Shown piece by piece: positions 30,407-35,740 of a DNA stretch of 35,740 bases (the first letter of the stretch is position 1; each line of letters starts with the position of its first letter). Both the position numbers and the translations under genes were made by a program. Source of the stretch: Chrysochromulina tobinii (Eukaryota); assembly GCA_001275005.1 (NCBI GenBank), contig JWZX01002239.1, positions 1-35,740 on the forward strand. Direction: 5' to 3'. Below the pieces are notes generated by a model that saw nothing but the letters and a program-made list of their open reading frames with translations, did not search any database and was not told the DNA's origin.

Positions 30407-32140
30407 TCAACGTGAGCGGCGCGCAGGAGCCACATTGGCTTTGGATCCTCGCGTTCGGTAGGGCGGCGGCGCCGGCGCCGATGCGGATGGCGGCATCGGC
30501 ATGCTTGCCAGCCCAAAGCTGGAAAGCATGCCCGAAGTGGCATGCTGAGGGAAAAGCTGAGCCCAAGCAGAGCCCAACTGCGGCGGCATGCCCGCGGGCG
30601 CGGCGCCCGCGGCCCTCTGAGCCCAAGCTGAGCCCAGCCGCGACGGCATGCCCGCGGGCGCGGCATTGCCCAGCAGCGGCGGCATTGTCCTGAGCATCTC
30701 GAGCGCGCGTTGCTCAAAAGTGATGACGAAGAGAGGAAGCTGATGCTCGCTCTTGTTGATCACGACAATGCCCTGCTGTCGCTTGGTGAGGCCCGAGCGG
30801 TCCATAAGCACGGCAAAGACGAGCATGCGCTTCGAGCCGGCGCAGTACGGGATCGAGATGGCGGGAGTTTCGGCAAAGTACTCTCCCGCGCCGAGCACCT
30901 GACCATTCAGGCCACGCCGCGTCGGGTCGAGCCCGTGTGTGCAGATCTGGTCGATGTTCTCGGCACGTGTGCCGTGGAACACGAGGCGCACGGCCTTGTC
31001 GCTCGCCGCCTTGAAGGCAGCGGCGAAGCGCTCGTACAGCAGGCCGCCGGGCTGCGCGCTCGGGTTTGCCCACACATCCTTGACATGCAGCTCCTTTGCC
31101 TTGTCGCTCAGCCACTCGCGCACGCGTGCCCGCTGCGCGCGGAGCAGGTCGTGCGGCTCGGCGGCTGCGGCACTCGGCTCGAGGCCCGCCGCCAGCTGCT
31201 CCTGCACGCGCCGCGCGAGCCTTTCGTCCTCCGCTGCACGCCTCACACGCCGCACCTGCTCCGCGTGCTCCTCTGCGTCGAGCTGCGTTTGCAGCCGCGC
31301 CGCCATCGCAGCGTCCGGATCCGCGTTGTCGTCGTCGTTGTCGTCGTCGTCGTCGAGCACTATGGGCGCGATCGGCGCGCCGCTGCCGCTGCCGCTGCCG
31401 CCGCCGCCGCCGCTGCCGCCGCCGCCGCTGCTGCTGCTGCTGCCTATGCTTTTGCTGCGGCCGACTTGGGGTGGCACTGGATCAGCGGCCTCGCCCAGGT
31501 CGGCGAGCTCCATGATGTCGTCCAGATCAAAGTCGTCTTCGTCGAAGAGCACGTTGAGTGAGCTCGCGAAGAGCGAGCCCTCAGCATCTGTGTCGTCGTC
31601 GCAGAGGTCGATGGCGAAGCCGGAGGCGCCGCGCGAGGACACGGCTAAGGCGTCGCTGGCGGCAGTAGCTGCGGTGGCACGAGGAGCTGCCGCAGCAGCG
31701 GTGGCAACAGGCGCGAGCGCTAGTGCTGACGCAGCGACAGCAGCTGCAGGAAGAGCATCAGTCGTTGTGTTGGCAGCGGTGGCCCGAGCGGCGGCCCGCG
31801 CAGTGGCCACCGGAGGCGGCTCATCGAGGGTGAGGTCAAACTCCTCTCGAGTGTCCTCGCGCGCGCGCTTGCGGCGCGCCACCGCTCTTGGATGCGCCTC
31901 AGCCTGATCGATGTCGACCCAAGCTTGCATTTGCACTTGGCGGCCGCCCACTGCCCTCCATCCCGGCTGCACATCCCGGCGGATTTCGTTAGTTTTCCAG
32001 TTACGGAGTGGCGAGTACAACAGTACAAAGGTGCATTGTACCGAGCGGCAGGTGATCGGGTGGACTCCGGCAGCTTCTTTGCGACTCGGTCCACACCGCG
32101 CTGACCACACCGTCTCAAAGGACGGCTCGACATAACTCAT
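30407..32140 (-). CDS. PARP-like ADP-ribosyltransferase with SIM-like and ubiquitin-binding-like motifs (start may be ATG 31930)
   Basis: LVFHGT, LGAGEYFAETPAISIPY, MLVFAVL and IVVINKSEHQLPLFVITF; upstream motifs IDLCDDD, IVLDDDD, DAAMAARLQ and DERLARRVQ. Confidence 0.82.
   Translation of the reverse strand: MSYVEPSFETVWSARCGPSRKEAAGVHPITCRSVQCTFVLLYSPLRNWKTNEIRRDVQPGWRAVGGRQVQMQAWVDIDQAEAHPRAVARRKRAREDTREEFDLTLDEPPPVATARAAARATAANTTTDALPAAAVAASALALAPVATAAAAAPRATAATAASDALAVSSRGASGFAIDLCDDDTDAEGSLFASSLNVLFDEDDFDLDDIMELADLGEAADPVPPQVGRSKSIGSSSSSGGGGSGGGGGSGSGSGAPIAPIVLDDDDDNDDDNADPDAAMAARLQTQLDAEEHAEQVRRVRRAAEDERLARRVQEQLAAGLEPSAAAAEPHDLLRAQRARVREWLSDKAKELHVKDVWANPSAQPGGLLYERFAAAFKAASDKAVRLVFHGTRAENIDQICTHGLDPTRRGLNGQVLGAGEYFAETPAISIPYCAGSKRMLVFAVLMDRSGLTKRQQGIVVINKSEHQLPLFVITFEQRALEMLRTMPPLLGNAAPAGMPSRLGSAWAQRAAGAAPAGMPPQLGSAWAQLFPQHATSGMLSSFGLASMPMPPSASAPAPPPYRTRGSKANVAPARRSR
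30558..30664 (-). repeat. 60-nt imperfect tandem duplication (AAPAGMPxxLGSAWAQ x2)
   Basis: Lines 30541 and 30601 are near-identical at period 60. Confidence 0.85.
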
Positions 32141-32365
32141 CAGGAGCCGGTCGATAACGGTACGATACTCGCAATGTCGTTATGTCGGGACACGGGTGTG
32201 TGTCGGGGCTCGGGCGGAGTTCTCGCTCTGGGGAAGAGCACACCATATATTCCACCCCAGTTTCTCTGTGTGTTGGTGGTGCATTGTGAAGGAAATAGGG
32301 GAAAAATAAAGTGGCAACAACGTCAACAACCGTCACACGGCATCGGGCATGACGGGCAAAAGTGT

Positions 32366-34891
32366 TCAGATCTCGCCCAGCAGTCTGCTGTCGCCCCCGG
32401 CGCCGCGATGCCTCGCCTGTCCGGCCCTACCACCTCCGCTGCCGCCCACGCCGCTCTGGCCAAGCCGGCCGCCTCCACCTCGGTCCCTCTCGGTGCCGCC
32501 TCGGCTACCCAGTACGCCTCCGTGTATAGAGAGCCGCGTGCTCAGCGCACGCAGTAGCTGCCGGCCACGGCTGTTGCGCTGGCACAGCTGCATGCCCATC
32601 CATGCTAACGCCACCAGCTGCAAGAGTGTGAGAAGCCCACCAAAGTAGCCCACCTGGCCCATAACGCCCACGACGGCGCCGAAAACGGTGCGCGCCGCCA
32701 CGTCGCCGTGCAGCTCGTCGAAACGAATGGCCCGTCGGTGGGCGCCCACGATAAAGCCCTCGCCCGGCTCAGCACCCGCCGCGGCGGTGCTCAGCACACT
32801 GCCGACGTTCCGCTGGCCACGCAGCGCCAGCAGCTCGCTGAGGCCGGCCTCCGAGTCGCCATCGGACTCCACATCGGAAGCCGCCGCGGCCGATACGGCA
32901 GAGGCTTCGTCAGAAGTTTCGTCAGACGCTGCTGCGGAGGCGTGCTTCTCGTCGCCGTCGTCCACGTCGACCGCGGTACCTACTGAGGCGTGTGCTGAGG
33001 TGTCCGCCTTCCTGCTGTGACTATCGCTACCCACACCAGCCATGCCCTTGCCGCCGTCGGTGGCGGTGTCACTGTGAATGTCGCTGTGAATGTCGCTGTC
33101 GGCATCGTCGCGCGCTTGGCTAGCTGCTGGCGGCTCGACGTGAGGCGGCTCGAGCTTGGCACTCGTAACGGCGCTCTTCTTCCTTCGTGACGCCGCGGAA
33201 GAGGAGGAGGAGGAGGAGGAGGAGGAGGAGGAGGAGGAGGAGGAGTGTGTGGCTGTCGACGCTCGTCGTCGCGCTGCGAGCGCAAGCTGAGCCTGAACTA
33301 GACTGGGTGAGCCGAAACGCAGCCCCTCGTACCCATCGCCGCCACTCATCCCGAGCACTGCGGGCGAGGCCTCGCCTGGCGCGGGTCCGTCCGACGGCCT
33401 CGAAAGGAATTGGCTGTATCGGTGCCGATGCGCGGTGACGTGCGAAAAGGTGGCCGCAAACCAGCCGGGGACTACCTTGGCCGGTGCAAGGTGGCGGCAC
33501 ATCTGATAGCTCTTGTTGCACCCGTCGAGACACGGGAAGGGCCGCTCGGTGGGACACAAGCCCGTGAAGTGACTCTGCATGCAAGTGGCGTACCGCTCAT
33601 CACCGTGGCCCTCTGGGGCTGTGAAGGGGGCTGTGAAGCCACAGAGAGTCTTGAGCGACATGCGGTAGCACTCGGAGACAGAGCCAATGTACTTTTGGGC
33701 GAAGACGTCCCAGGGCGACTTGCCATCCTGCACAGGCCGTTGCTCCATGGTCAAGCCGTCTCCCACGTCAATCGGGAAGAGCTCGCCGGCACGCCAAACG
33801 ACGTTCCATGGCGCTGGGTCTTGGAAGACGGGCAGTGAGAGGAACATGAGGATGAGCACCTGGCGTGCCGCCTCAGCCGCGTCCACAGCTGCGCCAACCG
33901 GCTCGCCCTGCAGCGAGAGCAGCGTATGCATGTTCATCGAGCCCGTCTCAAACGGGATGTGCCGGCCCGTTTGCGTATTTGTCATGTTCATTCGGCCGCT
34001 GACGAGCGACGCGGTGCGCGCCGTTGGGTTCTCGGGGTCTGCCGCGTCGTAGATCATTCGGTACGTGCGCCGCGTGTGCGTCTTGCAGCCGCCCAGGCAG
34101 TAGTGGTGCCGGTTGAGGCGATCCATATGCAGCAGCGTCACGCGCCACACCTCGTACTCGCAACCGTCGAGCGCCACGCCGCGCGTCACGCGCCGCACGC
34201 TCAGGCGCAGCCCAAACGCCCTGCCGGCGGCCTCGAGTCGCATGGCGGACGCCAATGCAGCCTTGCCGGGCGTCACCGACGCATACGTCCATTGCGCAAG
34301 CCGGTTGTCGCGGCACACTGCGCGCTGATCCGGTGCGGGCAGCAGCATGAGAGTGTACCGCGCAAGCGAGAGAAGGTGGCCGATGTACTTGTCGATCTGC
34401 TGGAGACGCTCGACGCTGATCGAAGACCCGTGGTCGAACGGGCGCGCCGTGTGCAGAGAGAGCAGCAGCTGGCCGTCCAGAAATTCGTTGGAATGAGCGA
34501 GGGCCTCGGCCACCTCGTAAGTGAGCGGATTATTCGCAAAGACGACGTTCGCGCGGCGCTGCATGCGCGCAAGCGACGCATGATGCGCCCACAGGCTGCG
34601 GTTCGGCTCGAGCGCCACCAACGTGCCGCGTGGAAATCGTTCGCTCACAGCGAGCGAGAATAGTCCACTCCACGAGCCATGCTCCAGCAGTGAAAAGGTC
34701 GGCTTTCCAGCCCGCACCTGCTCCAAAAACGGTGCGACGGCTTGATCGAACAGGGCCGACGCGTCCAGCACGGGCGGAGATGGTGGCGGCGATGGTGATG
34801 GTGTCGGCGATGGTGGCTGCGGCCGAGTCTCGACGCCTCTTGATGAGGCGGTGGCGGCGTCGGGGAAAAAGCCACCAAGGCCACCAAGCAT
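32366..34891 (-). CDS. Membrane protein with methyltransferase-like and kinase-like motifs, Ser/Asp-rich linker and C-terminal TM (5' end uncertain)
   Basis: SAM motif I/II-like LLEHGSWSGLFSL...LVALEPN; kinase-like QDPAPWNVVW..GELFPIDVGD; a Cys-rich segment; hydrophobic VGYFGGLLTLLQLVALAWMGM. Confidence 0.7.
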   Translation of the reverse strand: MLGGLGGFFPDAATASSRGVETRPQPPSPTPSPSPPPSPPVLDASALFDQAVAPFLEQVRAGKPTFSLLEHGSWSGLFSLAVSERFPRGTLVALEPNRSLWAHHASLARMQRRANVVFANNPLTYEVAEALAHSNEFLDGQLLLSLHTARPFDHGSSISVERLQQIDKYIGHLLSLARYTLMLLPAPDQRAVCRDNRLAQWTYASVTPGKAALASAMRLEAAGRAFGLRLSVRRVTRGVALDGCEYEVWRVTLLHMDRLNRHHYCLGGCKTHTRRTYRMIYDAADPENPTARTASLVSGRMNMTNTQTGRHIPFETGSMNMHTLLSLQGEPVGAAVDAAEAARQVLILMFLSLPVFQDPAPWNVVWRAGELFPIDVGDGLTMEQRPVQDGKSPWDVFAQKYIGSVSECYRMSLKTLCGFTAPFTAPEGHGDERYATCMQSHFTGLCPTERPFPCLDGCNKSYQMCRHLAPAKVVPGWFAATFSHVTAHRHRYSQFLSRPSDGPAPGEASPAVLGMSGGDGYEGLRFGSPSLVQAQLALAARRRASTATHSSSSSSSSSSSSSSSSAASRRKKSAVTSAKLEPPHVEPPAASQARDDADSDIHSDIHSDTATDGGKGMAGVGSDSHSRKADTSAHASVGTAVDVDDGDEKHASAAASDETSDEASAVSAAAASDVESDGDSEAGLSELLALRGQRNVGSVLSTAAAGAEPGEGFIVGAHRRAIRFDELHGDVAARTVFGAVVGVMGQVGYFGGLLTLLQLVALAWMGMQLCQRNSRGRQLLRALSTRLSIHGGVLGSRGGTERDRGGGGRLGQSGVGGSGGGRAGQARHRGAGGDSRLLGEI
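33201..33245 (-). repeat. (TCC)n microsatellite encoding polySer
   Basis: About 15 GAG units on the + strand. Confidence 0.95.
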
Positions 34892-35172
34892 GCACACAAG
34901 ACTCGACCGTTTCACGACGCCATAGGGCACGACTACCTTTCAACTGTGCGTTGGTGCTTCTCGACCTTTTCACTGCGCCGCAGGCACGACCTTTTCAACT
35001 GTGCGGGTGCACGCTCCGGCTCACAGCCGTTTCACAGCCAATGTTTATAAGGCTCGAAGAACTCGAGCGAAAAATCTCGAGAAAGATCAAAATGGGTGCT
35101 GCAACCCTCGAGCAGGGGTGTTGCACGCCTGCGACGCAGCGCGAAACGCCTCCAGCCACCACGACGACCAGA

Positions 35173-35740
35173 ATGACTACATTTCTGCGCGGAAGTGCTG
35201 GAGCGCTCGTCATGACTCTGGCACTATTCTGTGATGTATCAGTCGCAACATCGTCACGAGCGGCGCCCGAGCTGTCACGTCTTGAACCGGCGCCGCCGCC
35301 TGCCTCGTCAACGCCGCCGCCTGTCTTGTCAACGCCGCAGCCAATCGTTCCAACATCTGGAATGCGAGCATTCGAAAGGCGTTTACAGACGGACGCAAAC
35401 GGGTGCTTGTGCACAAATACGTGTCACTATGCCGAGGATGCCCTGTGCGACGATGGAGGCCCCCAATCCTATTCCGGCCATTGCAGCTTCTCGAGCGACT
35501 GCGCAGACTGCGGTGTGAGATGCTTGCCACCACCGTCGCCGCCTAGACAACCTCGACCATCGCCACCGCCACCCAGCCCTCCACCTTCGCCACCACCGAG
35601 CCCACCACCACCAAGCCCTCCACCTTCGCCGCCCCCCTCGCCCCCGCCACCCACACCACCGCCCTCTCCCCCGCCCTCACCTCCCCCGTCGCCCCCGCCC
35701 TCGCCCCCGCCCTCGCCGCCGCCCTCGCCGCCGCCCTCTC
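35173..35740 (+). CDS. Secreted Cys-rich / SPPP extensin-like protein, truncated by the window end (upstream in-frame ATG at 35092)
   Basis: Hand translation (absent from the ORF track because there is no stop): signal-like MTTFLRGSAGALVMTLALFCDVSVA, RRLQ, CTNTCHYAEDALCDDGGPQSYSGHCSFSSDCADCGVR, then (PPPS)n to the end. Confidence 0.85.
   Translation, partial: MTTFLRGSAGALVMTLALFCDVSVATSSRAAPELSRLEPAPPPASSTPPPVLSTPQPIVPTSGMRAFERRLQTDANGCLCTNTCHYAEDALCDDGGPQSYSGHCSFSSDCADCGVRCLPPPSPPRQPRPSPPPPSPPPSPPPSPPPPSPPPSPPPSPPPPTPPPSPPPSPPPSPPPSPPPSPPPSPPPS

Noticed and set aside
35469..35654. Gly-rich minus-strand ORF
   Set aside because: It is the antisense of the SPPP-coding frame on the plus strand.

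Overview
GC-rich, gene-dense eukaryotic nuclear DNA, most consistent with a haptophyte alga (Chrysochromulina-like; inferred from gene content, Cys-rich/SPPP secreted motifs and microsatellite-filled introns). The window opens with a ~1 kb non-autonomous Tc1/mariner-type element (TA|CAG...CTG|TA) filled with repeats and hairpins. About 17 protein genes follow: a decapeptide-repeat protein, a SAM methyltransferase, an ShK-prolyl 4-hydroxylase, a chromodomain protein, pirin, a pseudokinase, a CoA-binding protein, a zincless Fpg/Nei glycosylase, a SET methyltransferase, a small acidic protein, a myosin, an SGNH hydrolase, an EF-hand/HET-TIR-like/LRR protein, a calcyphosin-like protein, a PARP-like protein, a methyltransferase-kinase-like membrane protein and a truncated Cys-rich/extensin-like protein. 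Most notable: three of the four supportable introns are flanked by direct repeats of the exon junction (9-17 nt) and filled with 10-11 nt CTGAT-type repeats, suggesting a specific intron-gain mechanism. Also notable are a co-oriented Ca2+/NAD+ gene block and a WbdD-like domain order in a eukaryote. All product calls come from motif recognition by eye; no searches were run.
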